A DNA stretch of 64,000 bases from the human T2T-CHM13v2.0 reference genome, Homo sapiens: NCBI RefSeq assembly GCF_009914755.1, contig NC_060925.1. One strand, given 5' to 3'. Shown here one piece after another: positions 47,648-62,025 of the stretch. The notes under the pieces are model-generated. The model did not search any database. It saw nothing but the letters and a program-made list of their open reading frames with translations, and was not told the DNA's origin. The first letter of the stretch is position 1; every line of letters starts with the position of its first letter. A program made the position numbers and the translations under genes.

Positions 47648-48254
47648 GTAGGACCTACTCCCTATCCCGTCGGCCGCGGTGAATCCCACCTGCGGTGCTT
47701 TAACTTGTGTAACAGAGATGCTGCCTCTGGGAGAGGCGGGGAGGGACGGGCCAACTGGAGCGGGCGGCGGGAGGGTGGAGGGCGGGGCGCGGCTTGGGGC
47801 CTGGGTTCCTTTGCCCCTTGCCCACCAGGGAGGGGTGGGAGACGAGAGAGGGTGAACTTTCCCCTGCGAGATTCTGGTGAAAGGGGAAATATGCTTCGAG
47901 TCAGTAAAGCTGCGCAAGTGCACAGTCAAGGAGAGAGTCTTGGGAAAACCAAGGATAGTTCCCGGAGATGACTTTTGGACTGCGGAAACGTTTGTCAGAG
48001 GAAAGAGGCTTCAGTTTAATGTGAGATCATTGGAAGTTGAACTATTCAGGCGGCGAGCAGAGCCCCTTTCTCCATCTTCCCACTGTATGGTCTTGTCCCT
48101 TAGCCTATAATTTCTTATAAAGAGCGTTTTGAAGACTAGGTTTTTACTGGCAGGGCCCTGATTCAGGCTCACAGTATAAAGAGAGAAGTCAGAGAATCCT
48201 AGAAATTTATTGCTTGAAGAAGGGGTTGGTGTCCTCATATCTCACCTTCCTCAG

Positions 48255-48350
48255 GCTGGGCTTCATCACCAGGCCTCCTCACAGATTCCTGTCCCTTCTG
48301 TGTCCTGGACTCCGGATACCTCAACTCTCAGTACTTTGTGCTCAGCCCAG
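48255..48350 (+). CDS. NIT1: NIT1 exon 2 (mitochondrial presequence-like, 96 nt)
   Basis: (M)LGFITRPPHRFLSLLCPGLRIPQLSVLCAQP(R); Arg/Leu-rich with no acidic residues. Confidence 0.9.
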
Positions 48351-48602
48351 GTAACACGTTTTGTTGTGTCCTCCGTGCCTGGCACTTAGATGCTCAGTTT
48401 GTTAAATGGATAGTGGGAGACACAGGAGTGTCAACTATCCACACATTTGATTGGTGAGCCCTACTAGCCCTGGGTCAACGTGCCCTGTAAGAGCATGATC
48501 AAAAGGAAGTCCAGCTTTCCTGCCTCTCCACTTGCACCCCTTAGCATTAAATTTGCTTCCCTGTGCTATGAAATCTGAGAATCCTGCCTATGCTGTTCAC
48601 AG

Positions 48603-48857
48603 GCCCAGAGCCATGGCTATCTCCTCTTCCTCCTGCGAACTGCCCCTGGTGGCTGTGTGCCAGGTAACATCGACGCCAGACAAGCAACAGAACTTTAAAA
48701 CATGTGCTGAGCTGGTTCGAGAGGCTGCCAGACTGGGTGCCTGCCTGGCTTTCCTGCCTGAGGCATTTGACTTCATTGCACGGGACCCTGCAGAGACGCT
48801 ACACCTGTCTGAACCACTGGGTGGGAAACTTTTGGAAGAATACACCCAGCTTGCCAG
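48603..48857 (+). CDS. NIT1: NIT1 (deaminated glutathione amidase) exon 3, catalytic Glu86
   Basis: PRAMAISSSSCELPLVAVCQ...LAFLPEAF; nitrilase-superfamily motif. Confidence 0.97.
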
Positions 48858-48977
48858 GTATCAGGGAAATAGCGAGGGAGAGGTAGAATCTTTGTTGGAC
48901 AGTGTCCCTGGGTTGCCAGATATGAGGGTAGAGCCTTGAGAAGTCAGTGAAGAGTTGTCAGTGTCCCTTCCCCCCAG

Positions 48978-49081
48978 GGAATGTGGACTCTGGCTGTCCT
49001 TGGGTGGTTTCCATGAGCGTGGCCAAGACTGGGAGCAGACTCAGAAAATCTACAATTGTCACGTGCTGCTGAACAGCAAAG
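48978..49081 (+). CDS. NIT1: NIT1 exon 4
   Basis: ECGLWLSLGGFHERGQDWEQTQKIYNCHVLLNSK. Confidence 0.96.
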
Positions 49082-49293
49082 GTGAGACTTTATAACCCTT
49101 TAGCCTGCCTCTTCCCATGCTCTTCTACCTAAACTTAGATTCTCCAGAATTGTTTCTCAACTCTTATTTCCTTGACCCAAGGATTTAGGGGTGGTCCTAC
49201 TTCAGTTCCTAGCCTATAAACTATCTCCTCCTTGGGAGGAGTAAGCAAGGCTTCTAGAACACCAGCACTGATATTCCTTCTTTCTTACTGTAG

Positions 49294-49427
49294 GGGCAGT
49301 AGTGGCCACTTACAGGAAGACACATCTGTGTGACGTAGAGATTCCAGGGCAGGGGCCTATGTGTGAAAGCAACTCTACCATGCCTGGGCCCAGTCTTGAG
49401 TCACCTGTCAGCACACCAGCAGGCAAG
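49294..49427 (+). CDS. NIT1: NIT1 exon 5, catalytic Lys161
   Basis: GAVVATYRKTHLCDV...TPAGK. Confidence 0.96.
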
Positions 49428-49581
49428 GTAGGAGTTGTGAAAGGATGAGGGAGGGGAACAGGAATACTTTGAACTGGCAGTAGAGGATAGAAAGCCCTAA
49501 GAGAGGGGGTAATGGAAATATGACTAGATGCTGTGACAAACAGAGCAGGAAGACTACTAAGTAGGCTGTTTTTCATTCCAG

Positions 49582-49707
49582 ATTGGTCTAGCTGTCTGCT
49601 ATGACATGCGGTTCCCTGAACTCTCTCTGGCATTGGCTCAAGCTGGAGCAGAGATACTTACCTATCCTTCAGCTTTTGGATCCATTACAGGCCCAGCCCA
49701 CTGGGAG
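49582..49707 (+). CDS. NIT1: NIT1 exon 6, catalytic Cys203
   Basis: [13 protein letters not shown]...[15 protein letters not shown]. Confidence 0.97.
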
Positions 49708-49973
49708 GTAAGATGATGCCTTTTTAAAACATAAGGGCCTTTTCTTAACCTCATCTTCCCCCCTTGGCCCTACCAGTTAAATTCCTTCCCCTTTCCACCT
49801 AATGGGAAAACTCATTCCCCAGATATTTCTCTCATGAATAGTTAAAATAGTAAATCATTCCTAGGCAATTACCAAAATAGTCACAATGGGTAGATTGGTC
49901 TGTAATGTCCCTCACCTGTCACTTCCCCACTATTTGCTACATGTACTTAAGTGAACACACATCTCATGCCCAG

Positions 49974-50240
49974 GTGTTGCTGCGGGCCCGTGCTATCGAA
50001 ACCCAGTGCTATGTAGTGGCAGCAGCACAGTGTGGACGCCACCATGAGAAGAGAGCAAGTTATGGCCACAGCATGGTGGTAGACCCCTGGGGAACAGTGG
50101 TGGCCCGCTGCTCTGAGGGGCCAGGCCTCTGCCTTGCCCGAATAGACCTCAACTATCTGCGACAGTTGCGCCGACACCTGCCTGTGTTCCAGCACCGCAG
50201 GCCTGACCTCTATGGCAATCTGGGTCACCCACTGTCTTAA
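49974..50240 (+). CDS. NIT1: NIT1 exon 7 (stop TAA)
   Basis: VLLRARAIETQCYV...SYGHSMVVDPWG...RRPDLYGNLGHPLS*; total 984 nt = 327 aa. Confidence 0.97.
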   Translation: MLLRARAIETQCYVVAAAQCGRHHEKRASYGHSMVVDPWGTVVARCSEGPGLCLARIDLNYLRQLRRHLPVFQHRRPDLYGNLGHPLS

Positions 50241-50467
50241 GACTTGACTTCTGTGAGTTTAGACCTGCCCCTCCCACCCCCACCCTGCCACTATGAGCTA
50301 GTGCTCATGTGACTTGGAGGCAGGATCCAGGCACAGCTCCCCTCACTTGGAGAACCTTGACTCTCTTGATGGAACACAGATGGGCTGCTTGGGAAAGAAA
50401 CTTTCACCTGAGCTTCACCTGAGGTCAGACTGCAGTTTCAGAAAGGTGGAATTTTATATAGTCATTG

Positions 50468-50473
50468 TTTATT
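50468..50473 (-). terminator. DEDD: DEDD distal polyA signal AATAAA (proximal one at 50820-50825)
   Basis: tttatt on + strand. Confidence 0.55.
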
Positions 50474-50650
50474 TCATGGAAACTGAAGTTCTGCTGAGGG
50501 CTGAGCAGCACTGGCATTGAAAAATATAATAATCATAAAGTCTGTGTCTGGACATCGCCTTTGGGAACTAGAAGGGGAGTTGGTATTGTACCAGCTGGAC
50601 TAAGCTCCAGTTCTAGACCTCCTGGCTCATTCAACATGCCTCCCTACCTA

Positions 50651-50656
50651 AATAAA
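50651..50656 (+). terminator. NIT1: NIT1 candidate polyA signal AATAAA
   Basis: first canonical hexamer after the stop. Confidence 0.5.
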
Positions 50657-51622
50657 AGTGCAACACTCAGTGCATGTCCCAGCCCCATTCTCCCAAGCAT
50701 GGGAGTGGGCGTAGGAGTGGAGGAGGGGGAAGGAAAAAGGAATTACTTCACTTACACCTATGATGCCCTTTGCCCAAGCCAGAAGAAAGCAAAGGGGAAA
50801 AGGGCTGCAGGGTACATTATTTATTTTCACTTGAACATGGAAAGAAAGTGTCACACTCCCCCTTCCCCTTTATAGGGGGAGTGTATTTTAATCAGCAACC
50901 TCTTCTCCATCCACCCTGTGTATGTGTGTACACATATACCACCACAGTTGGGAGGCATGACTAGGCTGACCCAGTCTTATCTGTTCCTCCTTTGAAGAGG
51001 GTTTGACAAATGGGAAAAAGGAAGGAGCCACATCAGGCAGAGGTTTCAAGCCATGGAATGGAGGAAAGGCGGCAGAGAGGAGCAGCACCAGAGGCCAGGA
51101 GAGAGTGGAAAGGGCCACAGCTTGTTTTTAAAAAATTCTATAATTTGGAAGAGGGTGGCGATTAATTTTCAAAATACACTTCAGAGTCCCACTTTCCACA
51201 TAGCTCCCTTACTCACAGCCCTTTGGTTTTTTAGACAAAATTTAAGAGCTCTCATAAAGCCAGAAGTATTGATAACTCCTTAGTGCATCCAAAAAAAAGT
51301 GTTCACATCAATCCCTTACAAAGACTATGTGCTGTAGACTTTGCTTCTTCCTATACATTTGTCTTACGGCTCAGTGGTAAGGTAGCTGTAGAGACACATT
51401 ACGGGGTAAATGGAAAAGGGAAATAAAGGGGAAGCCCAGGCACATGGGTGCAGGGAGGGGTGGGGAATACCACTTCCACTTTCTTTTGTCTTTTTCTTTA
51501 AAAAAAAAAAAAAAAAAGGCAGGGGTGTGATTGGTTGGAAGGGTAGAGAACAAACCCCAGAACAGTGTAAGCTCCAGAGGTGGGTGATGGGAACAGTCCC
51601 CAAAGTGAGAAGAGGGAATAGG

Positions 51623-51999
51623 TCAGGGCAATGCTTGCAGCATCAAGTTCCTCAGGAGTTTCTGTCGGCCCAGCTCATAGTCCTCCTCGTCTACATTTAC
51701 CAGCAGCTTGATGGCTTCATGGCCCACAGCTTGCTTGAGGGAGTCTGTGATGAAGACACCTTTAAGTGCCTCTAATAAAGAGCCATTGATGTAGTCACGC
51801 CAGAATGCATCGAGGTAGGTGAGCTCAGAGAACTTGATGTCACAGATGATGGAGCCCAGGTCCCGGGACTTGAGGATGGTGTTGGCCTGGTTAAAGCGCT
51901 CAAACTGGCGCTCAAGTGGGTCCTGCTTGTTAGAGAAGACATTGCCCTGCAGAGCAGTCTCATGCTGGCAGTATTCAGCCCGAACCCGCAGTCTGATGT
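51623..51999 (-). CDS. DEDD: DEDD last coding exon (stop TGA)
   Basis: DIRLRVRAEYCQHE...LLRNLMLQALP*; four coding exons total 957 nt = 318 aa. Confidence 0.97.
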
Positions 52000-52550
52000 C
52001 TGTTGGAAACAGAAGATACAGAGCAGAAGAGGTTACAGTAAGGGATGAGTTTACAAGCCAAGCTTGAAAACTGAAAAGCACAACAGAATAAAAAAGTAGG
52101 GAATATCACCTGACAGCTTCTCTACCTCTTCCCCAGGACTATTTCTATGTATCTCTGAAATCCTTGCCTGAATGCAGGAGGTTCCCTTAAACGGGACATG
52201 CCGAGGTCAGCACTGTTCCCATTACTCACAGGTAGCAACTTGTTTATAGGAGATATTTTCCTAATTACCAGGCATAGAAGTTCATTTTAATACTCGACTT
52301 GGCTCATCCTACAATAAGGATGTCATAACAACATCCCTGTGATGTAGTATTAACTAACAAGAGTTGAAATGTACCCTGCCACAATCATAAAGAGCAGTTC
52401 TTCCACCAGACACCAAACCATTCAGCCTCACTTTGCAATGGCAATCAAAGTGAATCTCACACTGAATAGCATAAACTGCCCAGTGTCCCAGCAGTTCTTT
52501 ATATTCTCCTTCAAGTCTGCTCCATCTCTGGAACCCTTGAACTTCCTCAC

Positions 52551-52697
52551 CACATGTCTGCTTCTCCTTGGGATCTGGTGTCACTGACTTCCGGCGTTTT
52601 CGCTGGCTCCCAAGTGTGGCTCTCCCTCGGGCTGGCCGCTTGCTACACATCTGAGGACCCGAAGTGGGGCAACACACCACAGGATAGTGGGGAGGCA
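52551..52697 (-). CDS. DEDD: DEDD coding exon 3 (basic NLS-like KRRK)
   Basis: VPPHYPVVCCPTSGPQMCSKRPARGRATLGSQRKRRKSVTPDPKEKQTC. Confidence 0.96.
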
Positions 52698-52834
52698 CTG
52701 ACCAGAAAGTAAAAGGGAAGAAAACACAGTAGGGTAAAGGCAGAAATTCAAACACTTCTGTTGGAATGAGGAAGGAATCATTTAGACTTAGCACTAAAAG
52801 CAGTGGAAAAATGTGACTTGAAAAGACATGTGAG

Positions 52835-53130
52835 ACCAGGTGCAGTGGCTCACGCCTGTAATCCCAGCACTTTGGGAGGCCAAGGCGGGTGGATCATGAG
52901 GTCAGGAGATCGAGACCATCCTGGCTAACACGGTGAAACCCCGTCTCTAAAAATACAAAAAATTAGCTGGGCGTGCTGGCGGGCGCCTGTAGTCCCAGCT
53001 ACTCAGGAGGCTGAGGCAGGAGAATGGCGTGCACCTGGGAAGTGGGGCTTGCAGTGAACCGAGATTGCGCCACTGCACTCCAGCCTGGGCGACAGAGGGA
53101 GACTCTGTCTCAAAAAAAAAAAAAAAAAGA
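52835..53130 (+). mobile_element. AluY
   Basis: AluY diagnostics; flanking aagacatgtgaga duplication. Confidence 0.9.
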
Positions 53131-53313
53131 CAAGACATGTGAGAGCAAATACAGGACCTAGGAGAAATGTCACCTCGCCTGATTTTTTTTTTTTATGGGG
53201 CAAGATGTGGGCGCACAGCATCCTTTCATTTAAGCTGGCAAAGCCCAGAATGTGATGGGATCAGTGTCCTTTTACTTGATGATGGAAAGCAGGGGGAGTT
53301 AATGTCTTCTCAC

Positions 53314-53421
53314 CTGTTTTAGAGGGCTGGGGAGGCCTTGGTTCTGGATCACTGAGGGCTCTGGGGGTCACATAGCGAATTGATGTCTCCTCCAGATACT
53401 TGTCTACAAGATCAGGGCACA
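53314..53421 (-). CDS. DEDD: DEDD coding exon 2
   Basis: VCPDLVDKYLEETSIRYVTPRALSDPEPRPPQPSKT. Confidence 0.96.
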
Positions 53422-53612
53422 CTGTAGGAGGAGAAGTAATCATTCAGGAAAATATACACCCTTCCCTTCTGTCAGTCCAAACCCCCAGTGGGCCTCACAA
53501 CTTACTCTAAGTACTCCCCAGGATCAATGTGTCCTCCCCTTTGGACGCCTATGCTGCTCCTTCCTGGCCTCCCACAACTCTTCCCTGATTCCAGCCCCTA
53601 ATACTTCCTCAC

Positions 53613-53937
53613 CAGCCCGTCTCCTCTTGAGGGTGACGTAGGGCAGCAGGTCGTGGCGAGTGATGATGCGCAGCAGCTGCAGCACCTGGCGAAAGTTACT
53701 TTCATCACAGCGGCCCTGGCGCTCCAGTGCCAATAAGAAGTCACGTCCATTTCGGATGAGTCCACGCTCGTGGTCATCAATGACATCAACAAAGAGGAAA
53801 GAAAGCACGCGCACATCTCTGTGTGTCAGATGAGTGCCCACGATGTCAAACATGCGGTGCAGGCTGTACAGCCCATGTTCCTGCTCACCATGCTCTTCTG
53901 GCCACACCTGGCTTGCCCGCCGCTTTAGGCCCGCCAT
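53613..53937 (-). CDS. DEDD: DEDD coding exon 1 (death effector domain); exon extends 5' to 54001
   Basis: MAGLKRRASQVWPEE...LRIITRHDLL (DED RxDL motif); acceptor cag at 54002-54004. Confidence 0.97.
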
Positions 53938-54108
53938 GCTGGGGGCTCAGGTACGCAATGCTTTCCAGAATCCCTGCTCAGCAGCTGCAATCCCCACCGT
54001 ACTGAAAGGGCAGGGAAAGAACCGATGAGACACTCAAGGGCAGGAACTAGTCTCATGCATTCCCATATTCCCAGTTGCTAACAATGCCTGGCACAGTATA
54101 GTGCTTTA

Positions 54109-54575
<467 letters not shown>

Positions 54576-54907
54576 GAACTAGTTTAAATTCTGACTGTAT
54601 CACTGAAAGGCTGTGTAGCTGTGTGACCGTAAGCAAGTCACTTAACTCCAGATTCTCAGTGCTGTCATCTATAAACAGGGATGAATGAATATACACCTCA
54701 GAGTTGTTAAGAATCCAATGAGAAAATCACGGGTAACCCTTATATAAATGGTTGTGAAACATTTCAAAGATACAAGCATCCTTGGCCTTTGCAGCCCAGA
54801 ATCATCCCTCCACATTTTTCCTACAATCCAACCACATCAAGAAATGATAACTGCTCAGAAAGTTTATCAATATTTACCAAAACTCATGGATTTAAAATAA
54901 ACATTAA

Positions 54908-55334
<427 letters not shown>

Positions 55335-55803
55335 TGACCAATCACAGCTCCACATTCGTTATATAGTTTGGCTCTTGATTCACAAAGTTCCTCCATCGTT
55401 ATGGGCTACAGGTAATACCAATGACGCAGCCATTAATCAATTCCCAAATTCAACAACTTTGACTCAAGTCACTCATACTTACTGCTCCACCAGACAGTAC
55501 CATCCTATACTGTGCACTCTCTGGTCACACTCTCCAATCACACAATCAATCCTAAATTCCTGTTAATGCTACTTCTAGATATTTCTTAAATCTATCCTAC
55601 CTTTCCACCTCCACTGCCATGGTTCAGATTACAATAATCTCTCACCTGGACTACTGTAACTTTAAAAGTTCTCTGCAACACCAATCTTAACCTACCTAAA
55701 TCCATCCACTGCCACATCTAGTTCAGTTAGCTGTCTGAAGTCCACAACTGACCAAGTCACTTTCCTGCTTCAGACCCATTGATTGCCCCATCGTTATCTA
55801 TAA

Positions 55804-56117
<314 letters not shown>

Positions 56118-57646
56118 AACACTCCAAATTCTTTACACACACATCAAGCCTTCTAAGATCAGGCCTACCTTCCCAACCTCATTTCCCATCACATCCGCTT
56201 TTTATTCTCTAACATTATCAGTTTGTTTATAGTTCACATACATCATGCAATTTCTCTATACCTTCTTCAGGCTCTTCTCTTTGCCTGAATGCCCCTCTCC
56301 CTTCTCTATTCCACACCCCCATCATCACTCTTTTTCAGATGGCTAACTCCTACTCATTCTTTAAGAGTCAGCTCAGATGCCATCTTCAAAATGCATTTTC
56401 TACACCCCCATGCAGAGATAAGTAGTCCTCTTCTGTGCGCTTATGGAACACTATGCATATCTCCTTTACACCATTTATCACCATGTACTAAAATTATTTG
56501 TGTATTTATTATCCCATTAGATCCTACTCAACTCATGGAGAGATATATTCATCTTTATATCCCTAGTGCCTAGTAATGGACAGAGCCTCAAATATAGTGG
56601 GAGCAACCCACTGTTGAACTGAACTTAATCTCCAAGAGATCACCTCAAGCAATTCCAATTAAGAAACAAATTCACAAAAGTCCAAGAGAGGACCCCATTA
56701 AAAACAGATACAGGTAATTCAGTTACCATGCATATATTCTAACTAGCCATAGCCTCCTCTGCAATGTCCAGAACTACCCACACCATACCACACCACTCTA
56801 CCCTACTCAACAATTAAACAGGTTGCTCTGTCCATTTTATACAAAAAGGAACTGAGGCTAGACTAGGAAACAATAAAATAATAAGCTTCTTTGGAAAAAC
56901 AAAGCTGATAGAGAAAGCTGAAGAGAAAGTAGGAACTGGTCCTTTCTTCCTCAGATGAAAAACTAAAATGAAAGCACAGAGAAACTCATTCCCTTAAGAA
57001 AAGGGGAGGTACACTCTGGGATCACTTAACCCTATACCATGGGTTCTGATATGTAGACAGGAAATGTAATCCATATATAGTTTTGAGAGCCCAGATGCCC
57101 CACCCAAAGCATGGGAAATAGCTATTCAACTATAGACTGGTATTCCTTGCCTCTTCCTCTCGATTCACCTGTTGCTGTTACTGGGTACAAATGAAGGTGC
57201 TAAAGGAAAATAAGTTATTGCTCATAGCAGGCAACATGAGAAAACTGAGCCTCCTCAGAGCCCCTGCAACTTCTCTTTGTTCCCTATCCCACCTGTTCCC
57301 TTGGGCCAGCTGTTGATTGTGAGGCTCTCAGATAAAGCAGATTGGGTAGGTTTCACATTAAACCAACCAGAAGAGCTGGTTGCTCCACAGTTCCCTAATT
57401 TAAAGTGTGCTTAAACCCCAGGAAATGAAGAAACACTGTCCCCACATACCCTCGCAATGGAAAATAAGGCAAAATACAGGAAAGCACTGTGGTCCTAATT
57501 ATGTATCAATGGATGTAATTCTATAAGCTTCAATCCTTTGAAGTTAACTCCCTACATTTGAGAGGAAACAAACACACTAGCCACCTTTAAGTCCTAGATC
57601 CCAGGCTAGATCATCAATGTACTAGGAATTATAATAGCTTTTAGGT

Positions 57647-58173
<527 letters not shown>

Positions 58174-58726
58174 ATTCTAGGTGGAGCATGGTAAAGGGTC
58201 AAAAGAATGCATGTCACTTTCCACACTAGATCTAGAAAAAGCCATCTGGTCCCTCCATCCAAACCCATCAAACAACATTCCAGAAGAAAAGAAAAGCCTG
58301 TCGGACATACATGTTCATTTAACTCCCAAGTCCAACTGCACTAAGGTGTTTCATGCCACTCCAACCTTGGGTCCTCTGTCACCTGCTGTTGCCATTCAGC
58401 TGAGGAACAGGTGGTAGTTCTACATCCACTTCTGCCCCATCCCAGGAGGTCTACTTTGACCTAGTTCAATCTGGAGTTCTATGGGGATATTAGAAATGTA
58501 ATCCTCTGCAAGACAGACACAAAGGATCCTGCTCGTAAGCCTCAGGGTCATCTTTAAAGTCTTGGAACTGGATGAGCAGCAAATTCTCCTTGTGAGGTCA
58601 CTAATCAGACTTATATTGCTTATTCAATGAAGCAAACATAGAAATATGTAAGTTCCTCAAGGCCATGTGCTTGGGAGAAATATGAGGATACTGTCATGCA
58701 GGTTAAGAGGCAGCCCTCTCCACTTA

Positions 58727-59044
<318 letters not shown>

Positions 59045-60289
59045 TCAGCTGATTAGTAAAATTAGAAAAGAAAACATGACCAATTTCCTCTAAAACCAAA
59101 ATATACTCGTATTTCTGTGACAGTGAAGCAAGGGAGCTCAACTTAAAACATACAGAGATTCTAGATGACAGGTATCAGAATGGTGAGGAGAATGTAACCC
59201 TCTGAACAGAAAATTAGAACTAACTCAAGTCTTGGTATCTGAAACACTGCCAAATACCAAGAGACGAAACTCCAGCACACAGAAAGTCCTGATCCCACTG
59301 ACTGGTCTGGCTGTATTTGAGATAGTAACACATGAATTCTCCCCTACAGTTTCCCAAGAATAATTGATTCTGAGGAATTGTTGTATTTCCTGGAGTTTTG
59401 CTTTTTTCTTTAGAGAAGTCCAAGTCAGCCAAGGGCCAACAGTCTATAGGTATCTTCAGGATTTCCTCCTGATTGGTCCTTCTCTACTATGTTTCTACTT
59501 CCAAGCAAAGTCTGGTCTCATCCCAACCAGGAATATCTGTAGTTTTTGAGGTACTTGGCTCTCTCAGAAGCCCTTAGGGGAAAGCGACATGAAAGAAATA
59601 AAAAAGAGTGCTGTCTTGAAATGAAAATGACAGTCATCTTTTCTGAACAGGGATGATATTTGTAATTTCATAGAATTAAGAGATATCTGACTCTCTCAGA
59701 AGTCCTCAGAGGAAAAGTCATGCAGAAGAACTACAAAAAAAAGTGGTATCTTGAAACTTAAATTAAAACTACATAGAAAATCTTAAAGATGGTTAAGAGT
59801 ACATTCTTGCTGGTGGGATAGGAAATGTAATCAAATATCTGGAAGTCAGAATTACATAGTATGTTTTCAAAAGAAGGATGCCAGGAACCCCCCAACAGCT
59901 GAAAGAGAAAGTTAGAGGAAAAGTTTCCCACGGAAGGAAGGTGTCCCAGCAACCCTCCAAGGGCAACATTTAGTAGACAATGTACTAGAATACAGCCTTC
60001 CATATGTTAAAAAAAAAAAAAGTTTCAGAGCTGACCAAGAAGACTAGACAATAACAAACCAAAGCTGGGGGATTGTCCCAAGACATCTAAATCTCCTTCT
60101 CTTTCACCTCCTATCTCCAATTAACTAAAGACAGTGATTACAACAGATCTCATGCACTCAGATGGATGAATGATAACTCATTTTCCCTGGCATTCTCCTC
60201 CTCATTAATGGACCCAACCTCAAAATAACTCCCATGCTATTTCCATTCCCTTCCATTGTTTGAAAACAATAAAAAAGTTCCAGACTTAC

Positions 60290-60322
60290 CTCCGCAAGAA
60301 ACTTAATTTCCCAGGTCTCTTC
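60290..60322 (-). other. DEDD: DEDD 5'UTR microexon (33 nt)
   Basis: pyrimidine tract plus TAG acceptor; perfect GAG|GTAAGT donor. Confidence 0.75.
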
Positions 60323-62025
60323 CTAGCACAAGTTTCACAGCCAGCAGCAAAACAAAAACAAATAAGGAGGGGAAAATAATTAATTTTCAAGTTTTACTTT
60401 GAAACCTCAGAGGCCCATAGAATTAGACAATCTCGTTGCAAAAGTACACAGACAAGCCTAAAACCATTTAGAGAACTCACCCCCAACAAGTCTCCAGGCT
60501 TCCCTAACTCTCTATTAGTCAATTTACAAAAACAATACCAACTCCAAGAATTTCCAGTCTCAATGGCTTGCGGCAAGACAGCTCCCAAATTTAAGAACTT
60601 CTGGGAAAACCAATTACCCTCTGGCAGCTTCTCATCTTCCTCCACAATTCCTTATTCCTATTTTGTTACAATATTAACGTTAACTTTCACCTTTAGAAAA
60701 AACTGGGAGGAAAGTGGTTACAGCAGACCAGCACTATCCTCCAAATTCTACATTTGGCCCTTTCCCTTAACTAGCACACAATGAGAACAAAATATCTAAT
60801 GGCGCAGCATCCACTCATACGTCTATGTTTCACCAGGGAAAAGTTTTTCTACATACAGTATCCATGTTACCCCCTCCCTTCCAGACTTAAAACAGCAAAA
60901 GGGTCTGGAAACTACAGCACTCATTTAATTAACCTGTCTAGATGCCACTCTATCTTTTCTCTTTCCCTCCTCAGACTTCCAGAGCCTCCACCTTAGCATA
61001 TAGGGTTCCAATATAGCCATGTCTGCTCCCCCACTCTTGTATTGCTAATGCTAAAAACTAGAAAAGTCCTTTGCTCCTCCACACTTGGGCGACACCGGCT
61101 TCCCCATTTTCCCAAGCAGGAAAAACAAGGGAACAGTAAGCTAGGGAGTCTTTTGGAAAACAAACCCAGTTGAATTCTCATCCAACCCCAATTCTGCAAA
61201 CCCACATGACCATTCCCTTCTGCCCTTCCCACCCTCTTAAAAGCTAAGGGCCTGGCAATTAGAATTGGCTGCAACTGATGCTGCTTAACTCTGTTCTCTC
61301 CTCCTCTCCACCGGGGAAAGGGAAACCCCCGAACCTCTATCACCCGTGCAGCTCCACTGTCCTATCTCCCATTCCACTCCCCTTCCTCCCAAACTTTCTT
61401 CCTCCCAGTCTCTCACTTTTTCCATTACCTCCTCCCACCGACACTCTCTCCATTCCCCAAGCCTCCGTTCTCTCCTTTTCCACCCAAATTCTCCCCTAGG
61501 CCCTTCCCCCTCCCACCTCCAATTTAACACTTTCGAAGCCCCCCAGAAACGTCTTAACTCCAATTCTGACCTTTCCCCACCTCCTCGCAACACCCCTCAT
61601 CAGAGTCCAGTCCTCCCTCCAACCACATGCCACAGCCCCCTTCCCCTTCACACCCTCAGCCTCTCCCTCCTGCTCCTACCCCCTTCAATACGAGCGGATC
61701 GCAGCCCCACTCCCCACCTCGGCCTCTCTAATACCCCTGGCTGGGCCCAGTCTCAGCCCTTGTTTACGCCCCTCCCCATGCCCTCACTCCTCCGTCTCGA
61801 CCCCTGCCCTCTCCCGCAGTTGCCATCTCCCCTGCACGCCCCCCTCGGCAGCTCCCCTCCCCCACCTCTCAGCGTCCCGTCACCTCCCTCTCTTGAGGTT
61901 CTCAGGCTGGACGTCGCCACCGCCTCCCCCTCCACTTTCCTTCCCCAAGCCCTTTGCGGCCCCGCCCGGCCCCGCCCCGTCCCGCTCGACTCCCTCTCCC
62001 CACTCCGGCCGCCCCTCCGCCTCAC

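Noticed and set aside
47387-47971. 194-aa ORF over the PFDN2/NIT1 promoter
   Set aside because: GTG start in a CpG island, no recognisable domain
48568-48602. In-frame ATG in NIT1 intron 2 (MKSENPAYAVHR)
   Set aside because: Needs intron retention or an internal TSS that the sequence alone does not support
47632-48625. Similarity between NIT1 exon 1 tggctatatcttc and exon 3 tggctatctcctc
   Set aside because: Only about 13 nt with mismatches; compatible with chance
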